In this document: one piece after another, positions 12,601-24,719 of the stretch
Layout of the letters: each line of letters starts with the position of its first letter
Position numbering within the stretch: position 1 is the stretch's first letter
Assembly: GCF_036365525.1 (NCBI RefSeq)
Contig: NC_090399.1
Location: 52,236,430 to 52,300,429 of the forward strand
Direction: 5' to 3'
Length of the DNA stretch: 64,000 nt
Origin: Heterodontus francisci
Taxonomy: Eukaryota
Made by a program: the position numbers and the translations under genes
Notes under the pieces: model-generated
Told to the model about the DNA's origin: nothing
Seen by the model: only the letters and a program-made list of their open reading frames with translations
The model's database searches: none

Positions 12601-14645
12601 CCGTCATGTCAGTTACAGTGTCTGTCTCACACACAGCATCATGTTCGTTACAATGTTTGTTCCACAGGCACCTTCATGTCAGTTCCAGTGTCTGTTTTAC
12701 ACACATCATCATGTCAGTTCCAGTGTCTGTTTCACACACACCATCATGTAAGTTACAGTGGCTGTTTCACATGCACCGTCATGTCAGTTCCAGTGTCTGT
12801 TTTACACACATCATCATGTCAGTTCCAGTGTCTGTTTCACACACACCATCATGTTAGTTACAGTGTCTGTTTCACACACACCATCATGTAAGTTACAGTG
12901 TCTGTTCTACAAACACTATCATGTCCGTTACAGTGTCTGTTTCACACACACCATCATGTCAGTTTACTGTGTCTGTTTCACACACACCATCATGTCAGTT
13001 ACAGTGTCAATTCCACACACACCATCATGCCAGTTGCAGTGTCAATTCCACACACAGCATCATGTCAATTACAGTGTCAATTCCACAAACACCATCATGC
13101 CAGTTACAGTGTCAATTCCTCACACACCATCATGTTAGTTACAGTGTCTGTTCGACAGGAACCATCATGTCAGTTATATGTGTCTGTTCCACACACAGTA
13201 TCATCTCAGTTACAGTGTCTGTTTCACATACTCCATCGTGTCAGTTACAGTGTCTGTTCCACATGCACCATCATGTCAGTTACAGTGTCTTTTCCACACA
13301 CACCATCATGTCAGTTACAGTGGCTGTTTCACATGCACTGTCATGTCAGTCATACTGTCTGTTCCACGCACACCATCATGTCAGTTTTAGTGTCTGTTCC
13401 ACACACACCATCATGTCAGTTACAGTGACTTTTCCACACACACCATCATGTCAGTTCCAGTGTCTGTTTCACACACACCATCATGTAAGTTACAGTGGCT
13501 GTTTCACATGCACCGACATGTCAGTTATAGTGTCCGTTTCACATGCACCGTCATGTCAGTTACAGTGTCTGTCTCACACACAGCATCATGTTCATTACAA
13601 TATTTGTTCCACAGGCACCTTCATGTCAGTTCCAGTGTCTGTTTTACACACATCATCATGTCAGTTCCAGTGTCTGTTTCACACACACCATCATGTAATT
13701 TACAGTGGCTGTTTCACATGCACCGTCATGTCAGTTATAGTGTCTGTTTCACATGCACCGTCATGTCAGTTACAGTGTCTGTCTCACACACAGCATCATG
13801 TTCGTTACAATGTTTGTTCCACAGGCACCTTCATGTCAGTTCCAGTGTCTGTTTTACACACATCATCATGTCAGTTCCAGTGTCTGTTTCACACACACCA
13901 TCATGTAAGTTACAGTGGCTGTTTCACATGCACCGTCATGTAAGTTACAGTGGCTGTTTCACATGCACCGTCATGTCAGTTGCAGTGTCTGTTTCGCATG
14001 CACCGTCATGTCAGTTACAGTGTCTGTCTCACACACAGCATCATGTTCGTTACAATGTTTGTTCCACAGGCACCTTCATGTCAGTTCCAGTGTCTGTTTT
14101 ACACACAGCATCATGTCAGTTCCAGTGTCTGTTTCACACACACCATCATGTAAGTTACAGTGGCTGTTTCACATGCACCGTCATGTCAGTTCCAGTGTCT
14201 GTTTTACACACATCATCATGTCAGTTCCAGTGTCTGTTTCACACACACCATCATGTTAGTTACAGTGTTTGTTCCACAAGGCAACTTCATGTCAGTTACA
14301 GTGTCTGTTTAACTCACACCATAATGTCAATTACAGTGTCTGTTTCACAAACACCATCATGTTAGTTACAGTGTTTGTTCCACAGGCACCATCATGTCAG
14401 TTACAGTTTCTGTTTCACACACACCATCATGCCAGTTGCAGTGTCAATTCCACACACACCATCATGTCAGTTACAGTGTCTGTTCCACACTCCCCATCAT
14501 GTCAGTTCCTGTGTCTGTTCCACACTCCCCATCATGTCAGTTACTGTGTCTGTTTCACACTCCCCATCATGTCATTTCCGGTTTCTGTTTCACACACACC
14601 ATCATTTTGGTTACAGTGTTTGTTCCACGTACACCATCATGTCAT
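6620..14645 (+). repeat. 35-bp satellite, about 8 kb forward array with higher-order structure
   Basis: Same unit as 2385-2760. Diagnostic variants recur at 210-bp spacing (12212/12422/12632) and about 1402-bp spacing (11501/12903). Confidence 0.97.
11211..11308 (+). mobile_element. Solo Penelope-like terminal fragment with hammerhead-like motif inserted in the satellite
   Basis: GAAGAAGGGTCACTGACCCGAAACGTTAACTCTGCTTCTC..AGATGCTGCCAGACCTGCTGAG matches the tails at about 42765-42860 and 58020-58150. Confidence 0.75.
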
Positions 14646-14789
14646 GGATTGTGGAAATGCACAATTATTCATCTCTGCCTTGTGCTCCTTGTATGCTGCT
14701 GACCATGTCTGGCCTCCATCGCTGTTTTCTCATTTCTTATCTGTGCTTTGCCTTGATTGCCCTCCATGGCCTCATTGTCAGAGGATGTC

Positions 14790-15305
14790 TCATGCTCTCA
14801 TCTTGCAAGGCCTCTCCCTCTGTACTGCGATTTTGTGTAGAACGAGGCACGTAACCCGGCCTGGTGCATATTGAAGGGCTCCACCAGAGCTATTGACGCA
14901 GCGGAACCGTACCTTGAGCATACCAAAGGCCTGTTCGCTGGTCACTCGAGTGGAGCTGTGGAAGGCCATGTACCGCTCTTCCACATCATTGCTGGGGTCA
15001 CTTACTAACGCCAGAAGCCAGGGCATCAATGGTAAACCTTATCCCCAAGAAGCCACCCCTCTAGGCAAGAAGGGCGATTGAGAAACAGTGGCACCTGGGA
15101 CTGGCGAAATATGTATGAGTCACGGCACCTTCCCAGGAAGTGGCACACACTTGTTGGAAGGCTTTCTGTGGTCGCACACCAGTTGGACTTTTATGGAATG
15201 AATCCCCTTTCTGTTTGTGAAGGCAGTTGATTGGTCTGAGGGAGCTTTGGTGGCCACATATGTGCAGTCGATCACACCTTGGACCTGTCTCAAGGCAGCA
15301 GGAGC
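14790..15305 (-). mobile_element. Second PIF/Harbinger transposase remnant
   Basis: Reverse strand VQGVIDCTYV, NRKGIHS, PGRCRD, LLGDKVY, TRVTSEQAFGMLKVRFRC..LQY. Confidence 0.8.
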
Positions 15306-16341
15306 AGGATTTTTAAAAATTCTTTCATGGGATGTGGGTGTCGCTGGCTAGGTCAGCATTTATTGCCCATCACTAATTGCCCTTGAGAAGGTGGTGGTGA
15401 GCTGCCTTCTTGAACCGCTGCAGTCCATGTGAGGTAGGTATACCCAAAGTGCTGTTAGGAAGGGAGTTCCAGGATTTTGACCCAGCGACAGTGAAGGAAC
15501 GCCGATATTGTTCCAAGTCAGGATGGTGTGTGACTTGCAGGGGAACTTGTAGGTGGTGGTGTTCCCATGTATTTGCTGCCCTTGCCCTTCTAGTTGGCAG
15601 AGGTCGCGGGTTTGGAAGGTGCTGTTGAAGGAGCCTTGATGCATTGCTGCAGTGTATCTTGTAGATGGTACACACTGCTGCCCCTGTGCATTGGTGGTGG
15701 AGGGAGTGAATGTTTGTGGATGGGTTGCCAATCAAGCGGGCTGCTTTGTCCTGGATGGAGTCGAGCTTCTTGAGTGTTGTTGTAGCTGCACCCATCCAGG
15801 CAAGTGGAGAGTATTCCATCACACTCCTGACTTGTGACTTGTAAATGGTGGAAACGCTTTGGAGAGTCAGGAGATGAGTTATTCGCCGCAGGATTCCCTG
15901 CTTCTGACCTGCTCTTGTAGCCGCAGCATTTATGTGGCTGATGCAGTTCAGTTGCTATTCAATGGTAACCCCCCACGATGTTCATAGTGGGGCATTCAGT
16001 GATGGTAATGCCCAGTTCTGAACTTCTGATGGAGGGAAGGTCATTGATGAAGCAACTTAAGATGGTTCGGCCTCGGACATACCCTGAAGTAGTCCTGCAG
16101 TGATGTCCTGAGTCTTAGATGATTGACCTCTAACAAACACAACCATCTTCCTTTGCGCTCGCTACGACTCCAACCAGCGGAGTTTTCCCCTGATTCCCAT
16201 TGACTCCAGTTGTGCTAAGGCGCCTTGATGCCATACTTGGTCAAATGCTGCCTTGATGTCAAGGGCAGTCACTTTCACCTCACCTCTGGAGTTCAGCTCT
16301 TTTAACCATGTTTGGATGAAGGCTGAAATGAGGTCAGGAGC

Positions 16342-16860
16342 AAGTCAGGAGTGCGATGGAATGCTCTCCACTTGCCTGAATGGGCGGAGCTCCAACAACT
16401 CTCAAGAAGCTCGACACCATCCAGGACAAAGCAGCCCACTTGTTTGGTACCCCATTCACAAACATTCACTCCCTCCACCACCGATGCACAGTGGCAGCAG
16501 TGTGTACCATCTACAAGATGTACTGCAATGCACCAAGGCTCCTTAGACAGCACCTTCCAAATCCGCGACCTCTACCACCTCGACAGACAAGGACAGCAAA
16601 TGCATGGGAACACCACCACCTGCAAGTTCCCCTCCAAGTCACACAGCATCCTGACTTGGAACTATATCGTCGTTCCTTCATTGTCGCTGGATCAAAATCC
16701 TAGAACTCACTTCCTAACAGCACTGTGGGTGTACTTACCCCAAATGGACTGCAGCGGTTCAAGAAGGCAGCTCACCACCAACTTCTCAAGGGCAATTAGG
16801 GATGGGCAATAAATGCTGGCCTGGCCAGTGATGCCCACATCCTATAAATGAATAAAAAAA
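16342..16860 (+). mobile_element. 5'-truncated copy of the same LINE family inserted in opposite orientation
   Basis: TTLKKLDTIQDKAA..., ends GGGCAATTAGGGATGGGCAATAAATG...AATAAAAAAA; the host element resumes at 16861. Confidence 0.85.
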
Positions 16861-17850
16861 GGCTGAGTGGCCCTGGTGGAATCCAACTGAGCAGCTATTG
16901 TTGAGTAAGTGTTGCTTGATAGCACTGTCAATGACACTTTCCATCACTTTACTGCGATCAGGAATAGAATGATGGGGCGGAAATTGACTGGGTTGGATTT
17001 GTCCTCCTTTTTGTTGACAGGACACGCCTGGGCAATTTTCCACATTGCTGGGTAGATGTCAGTATTGTACTGGAACAGATTGGCACAGCTAGATCTGGAG
17101 CATAAGTCTTCAGTACTATCCGGAATATTGTCAGGGCCCATAGCCTTTGCAGTATCCAGTGCCTCAGTCGTTTCTTGATATCACGTAAAGCGAATCGGTT
17201 TGGCTGAAGTCTGGCATCTGTGATGTTGGGGACTTCAGGAGGAGGCCGAGATGGATCATCAACTCGGCACTTCTGGCTGAAGATTATTGCAAATGCTTCA
17301 GCTTTGTTTTTTGTACAGATGTGCTGGGCTCCCCCATCATTGAGGAGGGGGATATTTGTGGAGCCACCTCCACCAGTTAGTTGTTTAATTGTCCACCACC
17401 ATTCACGGCTGGATGTGACAGGACTGCAGAGCTTAGATCTGATCCGTTGGTTGTGGGATCACTTAGCTCTGTCTATCGCATGCTGCTTACGCAGTTTGGC
17501 ATGCAGATAGCCCTGGGTTGTAGCTTCAACAGGTTGACACCTCACTTTGAGGTATGCCTAGTGCTGCTCCTGGCATGCCCTTCTGCACTCTTCATTGAAC
17601 CAGGGCTGGTTTCCTGGCTTGACAGTAATGGTAGAGTGGGGGATATGCCGGGCCATGAGGTTACAGATTGTGGTTGAGTACAATTCTGCTGCTGCTGATG
17701 GCCCACAGCGCCTCATGGATGCCCAGTTTTGCATTGCTAGATCTGTTCGAAATCTATCCCATTTGGCACAGTGATAGTGCCACACAACACGATGGAGGGT
17801 ATCCCTAATGTGAAGATGGGACATCGTCTCCACAAGGACTGTGTGGTGGT

Positions 17851-18437
17851 CTTTTCTTTTGGGCCTCCTTATCTCGAGAGACAATGGATACGAGCCAGGA
17901 GGTGGTCAGTGGTTTGTGAAGCAGCGCCTGGAGTGGCTATAAAGGCCAATTCTAGAGTGACAGGCTTTTCCACAGGTGCTGCAGAGAAATTTGTTTGTCG
18001 GGGCTGTTGCACAGTTGGCTCTCCCCTTGCGCCTCTGTCTTTTTTCCTGCCAACTACTAAGTCTCTTTGACTCGCCACATTTTAGCCCCGTCTTTATGGC
18101 TGCCCGCCAGCTCTGGCGAACGCTGGCAACTGACTCCCACGACTTGTGATCAATGTCACAGGATTTCATGTCGCGTTTGCAGACGTCTTTATAGCGGAGA
18201 CATGGACGGCCGGTGGGTCTGATACCAGTGGCGAGCTCGCTGTACAATGTGTCTTTGGCGATCCTGCCATCTTCCATGCGGCTCACATGGCCAAGCCATC
18301 TCAAGCGCCGCTGACTCAGTAGTGTGTACAAGCTGGGGATGTTGGCCGCCTCGAGGACTTCTGTGTTGGAGATACGGTCCTGCCACCTGATGCCAAGTAT
18401 TCTCCGGAGGCAGCGAAGATGGAATGAATTGAGACGT
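17851..18437 (-). mobile_element. RTE-clade LINE 3' fragment
   Basis: ORF 17906-18331 contains RRLRWLGHVSRMEDGR..GRPCLRYKDVCKRDMK and a C-terminal CxxC..H motif typical of RTE elements. Confidence 0.85.
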
Positions 18438-18629
18438 CACTCCTACCAATACTGTCATGGACAAATGCATCTCCAGCAGGCAGATTGGTGAGGACGAGGT
18501 CAAGTATGTTTTTCCCTCTTGTTGGTTCCTTCACCACCTGCCACACACCCAGTCTAGCAGCTATGTCCTTTAAGACTCAGCCAGCTCGGTCAAGTAGTGG
18601 TGCTACCGAGCCACTCTTGGATGGACATT

Positions 18630-20170
18630 TTGGGAAAGAGCTACAGAGGGGAGGTGAGGAAAAACTTTTACGCAGTGTGTAGCAATGACCATTCGCTGCC
18701 CATGATGGAGCTGGAAGTAGGGATGATGAACAATTTCAAAGAAAATTGGATAGGCACTTGAGAGAAATAAACTCACATGGCTACACGGGTCGAGCGGGGG
18801 ACTAGACAGAGTGGATAGCTCTACAGAGAGCTGGCATGAATTCAGTGGGCTGAATGGCCTCCTTCTGTGCCGTTTTGTCTCCATGACTCCATGATCTTTT
18901 GTCTTTTATTCACTGATTTACCCAGTTTACTGTGCACATTTTCTGTCATCCCATTGAATTCAGCGTTACCTAAATCTAGAATCTTAGTTGTTGTTTCATG
19001 TTTCTCCTTTTCAAACACTAGGTTGAACTTAATCATATTATTATCGCTATTTGATAAATGTTTATGTACAGTTACACTACTAACTAAAGCTAATGTGGTC
19101 TGTCATGTTTTGTTGGTTCTCGGAGATATTGTTTGAGAAAACTATTCCAGACATACTCAAGATATTCACGATCTTTCTAAGATGTATGAGTCACTTTATC
19201 CCAATGTGTAAGAAAGTTAAAATCCCCCATTAAAACCACACTGCCTTTCTTACATGCTTGTCTAATCTCAACATTTATACAATCTACAGTTGCTGTCAGG
19301 GGTCTATACACAGCTCCTACTGCAGTCAAATACTTTTCTATTTCTTAATTCTACCCATAAAGTCCCCACTGCCTGCTTATTTCACGTTACATCCTCTCTC
19401 ATCATTGAAGTGATTTCATCCTTAATCACGATGGTGACTCCTCCCACTCTACCATTTTCACTCTCTTTCCTGTCGGCTTTACACCCTGTTACATTCAGTT
19501 TCCAGTCCTGGCTTGTCTTGCAGTTATGTCTCATCATGATGAACATGTCATATCTTTCAATATGAACTTCTGCCTGCAATTCATTCAATTTCTTCCTTAT
19601 ACTCTGTGTGTTTGCATAAAAAACACTTATTTGGGTCACACAGCCTGACCTGTTCTTCTGCTCCAATGTTTTACACATATTTTTTCTTATTTCGCTCTCC
19701 TACTACAATAACTTTACATCTTCTATTTTCCCTTTACCTGTGGTGCCTAAAGCACAATTTCTGACTGTTAATCTACTCCAATCCTTTTTGTTTGTTTTCA
19801 ACCCATTATCTCTACATCTATTCCACCTGAACTCCTCCCCAACACTGACTAATTTAAAGTCCTACCCTGTTTATCCCTTCCACTCGGACTCTGGGCCCTG
19901 TCCAGTTCAGGCGAAGCCTGTCCTAATGGTACACTCCCTGCCTGTCCCAGTACGGGTGTTCATGTCCCATGAAATGAAACCTTTCTTTCTCACACCACTC
20001 CTTCACTCACGTGTTCATCTCCCTAATCTCCTTATCCCTATGCCAATTGTGCTTTAATAGAGCTACTAGTTCCTGGTACTCACCAAACAGGACTTCTTGC
20101 CAATTCTTCCCTATGTAGTTATTTCCAACATGGATCACAATGACTGGATCGGCCCCTCCCTCACCAAAAT
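18630..20170. mobile_element. Old CR1-like fragments (3' end on + strand at about 18630-18880; endonuclease/ORF1 region on - strand at about 18890-20170)
   Basis: YANTQSIRKKLNELQ (APE N-terminus-like) and CR1 tail GGGCTGAATGGCCTCCTTCTGTGC. Confidence 0.65.
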
Positions 20171-20249
20171 CCATTCATGCGAATTCGAGATGTCCCTTAC
20201 TCTGGCTCGAAGCAGGCAATAAATGTAGATGCAAGCGGGGTGGTGGGAA

Positions 20250-21765
20250 AGAGTGACCCCGGAGAGGGGAGTGGGGAAAGAGAGAGAGTGCGACCCCAGG
20301 GAGGGGAGTGGGGGAAGAGTGAGAGTGTGACCCCGGGGAGGGGAGTGGGGGAAGAGTGAGAGTGTGACCCTGGGGTGAGCGGAGTGGGGGAAGAGTGAGA
20401 GTGCGGCCCCGGGTGAGCGGAGTGGGGGAAGAGTGAGAGTGCGGCCCCGGGATGAGCGGAGTGGGGGAAGAGTGAGAGTGTGACCCCATGGTGGGGAGTG
20501 GGAGAAGAGTGAGAGTGTGATCCCAGGGTGGGGGGAGTGGGAGAAGAGTGAGAGTGTGATCCCGGGGTGGGGGGAGTGGGAGAAGAGTGAGTGTGAACCC
20601 GGGTGGGGGGAGTGGGAGAAGATTGAGAGTGGGACCCCGGGGTGGGGGGAGTGGGAGAAGATTGAGAGTGGGACCCTGTTGTGAGGGGAGTGGGAGAAGA
20701 GTGAGAGTGTGATCCCGGGGTTGGGGGAGTGGGAGAAGAGTATGAGTGCGACCCCGGGGTGGGGGGAGTGGGGGAAGAGTGAGAGTGTGACCCCGGGTTG
20801 GGGAGAGTGGGAGAAGAGTGAGAGTGTGATCCCGGGGTGGAGGGAGTGGGAGAAGAGTGAGAGTGTGACCCCGGGGTGGGGGGAGTGGGGGAAGAGTGAG
20901 AGTGTGACCCCGGGTTGGGGAGAGTGGGAGAAGAGTGAGAGTGTGATCCCGGGGTGGGGGGAGTGGGAGAAGAGTGAGAGTGTGATCCCGGGGTGGGGGG
21001 AGTGGGAGAAGAGTGATAGTGTGACCCCGGGGTGGGGAGAGTGGGAGAAGAGTGAGAGTGTGATCCCGGGGTGGGGGGAGTGGGAGAAGAGTAATAGTGG
21101 GACCCCGGGGAGGGGAGAGTGGGAGAAGAGTGAGAGTGTGATCCCGGGGTGGGAGGAGTGGGAGAAGTGGGAGAAGAGTATGAGTGCAACCCCGGTGTGA
21201 GGGGAGTGGGGGAAGAGTGAGAGTGTGATCCCGGGGTGGGGGGAGTGGGAGAAGTGGGAGAAGAGTATGAGTGCAACCCCGGTGTGAGGGGAGTGGGGGA
21301 AGAGTGAGAGTGTGACCCCGGGGAGGGGAGAGTGGGAGAAGAATGAGAGTGTGACCCCGGGGAGGGGAGAATGGGAGAAGAATGAGAGTGTGACCCTGGG
21401 GTGGGGGGAGTGGGGGAAGAGTGAGAGTGTGACCCCGGGGAGGGGAGAGTGGGAGAAGAATGAGAGTGTGACCCCGGGGAGGGGAGAATGGGAGAAGAAT
21501 GAGAGTGTGACCCTGGGGTGGGGGGAGTGGGGGAAGAGTGAGAGTGTGACCCCGGGGAGGGGAGAGTGGGAGAAGAATGAGAGTGTGACCCTGGGGTGGG
21601 GGGAGTGGGGGAAGAGTGAGAGTGTGACCCTGGGGTGGGGGGAGTGGGGGAAGAGTGAGAGTGTGACCCCGGTGTGAGGGGAGTGGGGGAAGAGTGAGAG
21701 TGTGACCCCGGGGTGGGGGGAGTGGGGGAAGAGTGAGAGTGCAGTCCCAGGGGAAGTGGAGGGGA
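20250..21765. repeat. 39-bp G/purine-rich minisatellite
   Basis: Unit GGGAGTGGGAGAAGAGTGAGAGTGTGACCCCGGGGTGGG; produces 13-aa periodic spurious ORFs. Confidence 0.95.
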
Positions 21766-22180
21766 GCGGGGTTTCGGGAGTCATGAGTGGGAATGCAGCC
21801 GCAGGGTGTGGGGGCAAAGTTAATATATTTTGCATTTACAATTGTGTGATTTTTTGTGCGAGTTCTATCAGTTTTGAGTAATTTACACTGAAACATCCAG
21901 TAGTCCTGGGCAGAAACTCTACATCAATGAGTTTACTGTGAGGGGGAAGCCCAGGATCCCAGTGTCTCCCCCTTTGTGATGGTCACTATATTAAAGGTGG
22001 TTTATAACTGTAACTTGTTGTGGTATAACTCCAGTCTGACCAGAGACAGTTTAACAGTTCCCAGTGGGAGTGGGACCAGTGTCAGTGTGTTTACTGTGAG
22101 GGGGTGGGGGGAGCCCAGGGTCCCAGTGTCTCCTCTTTTTACACTGGAGCTGGTCATGAGACCTGTTCAATCTCACTCTG

Positions 22181-22293
22181 AGTTTCTGTTTCAGTCTGAA
22201 ACTCAATCTGCCTGTATTCTGCTTCCTAGTAACTGGGAAGGAGGACTCTTTCTTTATCCCTTTCATTGGATATTTTTCAGTGTATTGACCAAT
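22181..22293 (+). promoter_or_regulatory. MHC-type proximal promoter: ISRE, X1-like box, Y/CCAAT boxes
   Basis: AGTTTCTGTTTC at 22181-22192 matches ISRE AGTTTCNNTTTC. CCTAGTAAC at 22225-22233 is RFX X1-like. ATTGG at 22265-22269 and CCAAT at 22289-22293. Order matches MHC promoters, 170-285 bp upstream of the ATG. Confidence 0.65.
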
Positions 22294-22464
22294 CATCCAC
22301 CAACTCATTCAACAGTTTATGTTCAGGAAATGATCAAAGTTCAAGTTCGACAGTAAGATCAAGTCTTGATGGATTTGTTGTGTTACCAGACTATGAACAG
22401 TAGTTGTGTCCCTCTCATGTTTTTTTCCCAGTCACTGATTGAATAGGGACAGTGGATTCCCAGA

Positions 22465-22516
22465 ATGTTACTGATTCTTTTCTCCATATCCCTGTGTTTT
22501 TCCTGGGTCTATCCCG
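22465..22516 (+). CDS. MHC class I-like exon 1, signal peptide MLLILFSISLCFSWVYP
   Basis: ATG at 22465, 17 hydrophobic codons, then G|GTAAGT consensus donor in phase 1. Matches the phase of the alpha1 acceptor (G+AC = Asp). Preceded by ISRE/X1/Y-like boxes. Linkage across 13.6 kb is inferred. Confidence 0.8.
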
Positions 22517-22669
22517 GTAAGTACAGGATTCAGCTTTCTATTCTCACTCTCTTGTCACTCTCATTTCTCCAGCTCAGATCCTAAGCAGGAAACTTCCTGG
22601 GATTTTACTGGGAGTAGGAGTGTCAGTGTCTGCAGGCAAAGTGTGTCGCAATGTTGTACTGACAGGCCT

Positions 22670-24390
22670 TTGTGTCTCTCTCTCTTTCTCACTCCCCGTG
22701 TGTGTGTCTCTCTCACTCCCCGTGTGTGTGTCTCTCTCACTCCCTGTGTGTGTGTCTTTCTCGTTCCCTCTGTGTGTGTCTGTCTCTCTCTCTCTCTCAC
22801 TCCCTGTGTGTGTGTGTGTGTGTGTCTTTCATAAGAACATAAGAACTAGGAGCAGGAGTAGGCAATTCAGCCCCTCGAGCCTGCTCCACCATTCAATACG
22901 ATCATGGCTGATCTCATCTCGGCCTCAACTCCACTTTCCTGCCCGTTCTCCATAACCCTTCAACCCATTACTAATTAAAAACTTGTCTATCTCCTCCTTA
23001 AATTTACTCAATGTCCCGGCATCCACCGCACTCTGGGGTAGTGAATTCCACAGACTCACGACCCTTTGAGAGAAGTAATTTCTCCTCATCTCTGTTTTAA
23101 ATCCCCTTATCCTAAAACTATGACCTCTCGTACACTCCCTGTGTGTGTCTGTCTCTCTCACTCCCAGTGTCTGTATGTGTGTGTCTCTCACTTTCTCTGT
23201 ATGTGTGTGTCTCTCACTCCCTGTGTGTGTTTCTCTCACTCCCAGTGTCCGTATATGTGAGTCTCTCACTCCCTGTGTGTGTATATGTCTCTTTCACTCC
23301 GTGTGTGTGTGTGTGTCTCTCTCTCACTCTGTGTATGTGTGCCCCTCTCTCACTCCCTGTGTGTGTGTCTCTCACTCCCTGTGTATGTGTGTGTGTCTGT
23401 CTCTCACTCCCTGTGTGTGTCTCTCTCTCTCTCACTCACTTTCTGTGTATGTGTGTGTCTGTCTCTCACTCCCTGTGTCTCACTCCCTGTGTGTGTATAT
23501 GTCTCCTTCACTCCCTGTGTGGGTCTCACACTGTGTGTGTGTGCATGTGTTGTGTCTCTCACTGACTGTGTGTGAGCGCGTGTGTCTCACTCCCTGTGTG
23601 TGTGTATGTCTTTAACTTCCTGTGTGTGTGTCCCTCTCTCACCTCATGTGTGTGTGTGTATATCTCTCCCTGTATGTGTGTCTCTCGCTCACTCCGTGTG
23701 TGTCTCTCTCACTCCCTGTGCATGCATGCATGTGCCTTTCACTTCCTCCGTGTGTCTCTCACTCCCTGTGTGTGTCTGTCTCTCCTTATCACTCCCTGTA
23801 TGTGTGTGGGTCTCTCATTCCCTGTGTGTGTCTTTCTCTCACCCGCTGTGTGTGTGTGTCTCTCTCTCACTCCTTGTGTGTGTGCCTCTCTCTCTCTCAC
23901 TCCCTGTATGTATGTGTGTGTCTCTCACTCCCTGTGTATGTGTGTGCATGTGTGTGTCTCTGTCTCACACTCCCTATGTGTGTGTGTCTCTCTCTCACAC
24001 ACTCATTCCCTGTGTGTGTCTCTAACTCCCTCTATGTGTATCTCTCTATCATTCCCTGTGTGTTTGTCTCTATCACTCCCTGTGTGTTTGTCTCTATCAC
24101 GCCTTGTGTGTTTGTCTCTGTCACTCCCTGTGTGTGCATGTGTGTGTGGGTGTCTCACTTCTGTCTGTGTGTGTCTCTTTCACTTTCCTGTGTCTGCGCG
24201 CATGTGTATGTCTCTCTCTGTCTCTCTCACTCCCTGTGTACATGTGGGTGTGTCTCTCTCATTCCATGTGTGTCTCTTTCATTTCCAGTGTGTGTGTGTG
24301 TGTGTGTCCAGCAGGCCCTGTGAGTTTGTGTGTGTGTGTCTCACTCCCTGTGAGTATCTGTCTCTCTCTCTCACACACACTCCCTGCCTG
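22670..24390. repeat. (GT)n/(CT)n compound microsatellite built on a CTCTCACTCCCTGTGTGTG motif
   Basis: Direct inspection; interrupted by a CR1 3' fragment. Confidence 0.9.
22828..23131 (-). mobile_element. CR1/HER1-like 3' end fragment
   Basis: CATAAGAACATAAGAA tail; reverse-strand EMRRNYFSQRVVSLWNSLP..KGYG. Confidence 0.85.
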
Positions 24391-24719
24391 CGTTTTTACT
24401 GGGATTGGAGGCAAACAAAAGTTTCTTTCTCCCACTGTTTGTTGCCCACAAGATTTAAAATGAGCTGATGGTTTCTGAGTCCCAGCTCCAGGTGTCTGTT
24501 TAATGTTTGATCTGAAAGGATTATACATATTGAATTGGCAGCTTCCGGAAACATTTTCTTTTTACCATAAAGAACCTTTCTGGTACCTGCCTGACTGTTG
24601 TTTTAAGGTTCATTGTGTTCAGCACTGCTTCCAGCTGCTGTTTGAGATACGGCTGCCTATTCCCTGGTGTGAATGCACTGTCTGGCTTTATTTCATAATT
24701 CCTGTCATTGATAATACAT

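Larger units (their letters stand above)
15310..18630 (-). mobile_element. Degenerate non-LTR retrotransposon (CR1/L2-group, MEYSPLAWM family), interrupted by nested insertions
   Basis: RT and endonuclease fragments (EPTRGKNILDLVLTN, PDNIP..WKIAQ, DIKAAFD, MEYSPLAWM..KKLD) and 3' tail at about 15310-15380. Confidence 0.85.

Noticed and set aside
2274-14874. Dozens of His/Cys-rich ORFs (up to 340 aa) resembling metal-binding or zinc-finger proteins
   Set aside because: Read-through of a stop-poor 35-bp satellite. The same peptide appears in all three frames and on both strands following array orientation.
20135-21896. 566- and 573-aa Pro/Ser/His-rich ORFs (extensin/mucin-like)
   Set aside because: Translation of the 39-bp minisatellite; open in several frames, no splice or domain evidence.
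23143-24468. Cys/Val-rich hydrophobic ORFs
   Set aside because: GT/CT microsatellite translation.
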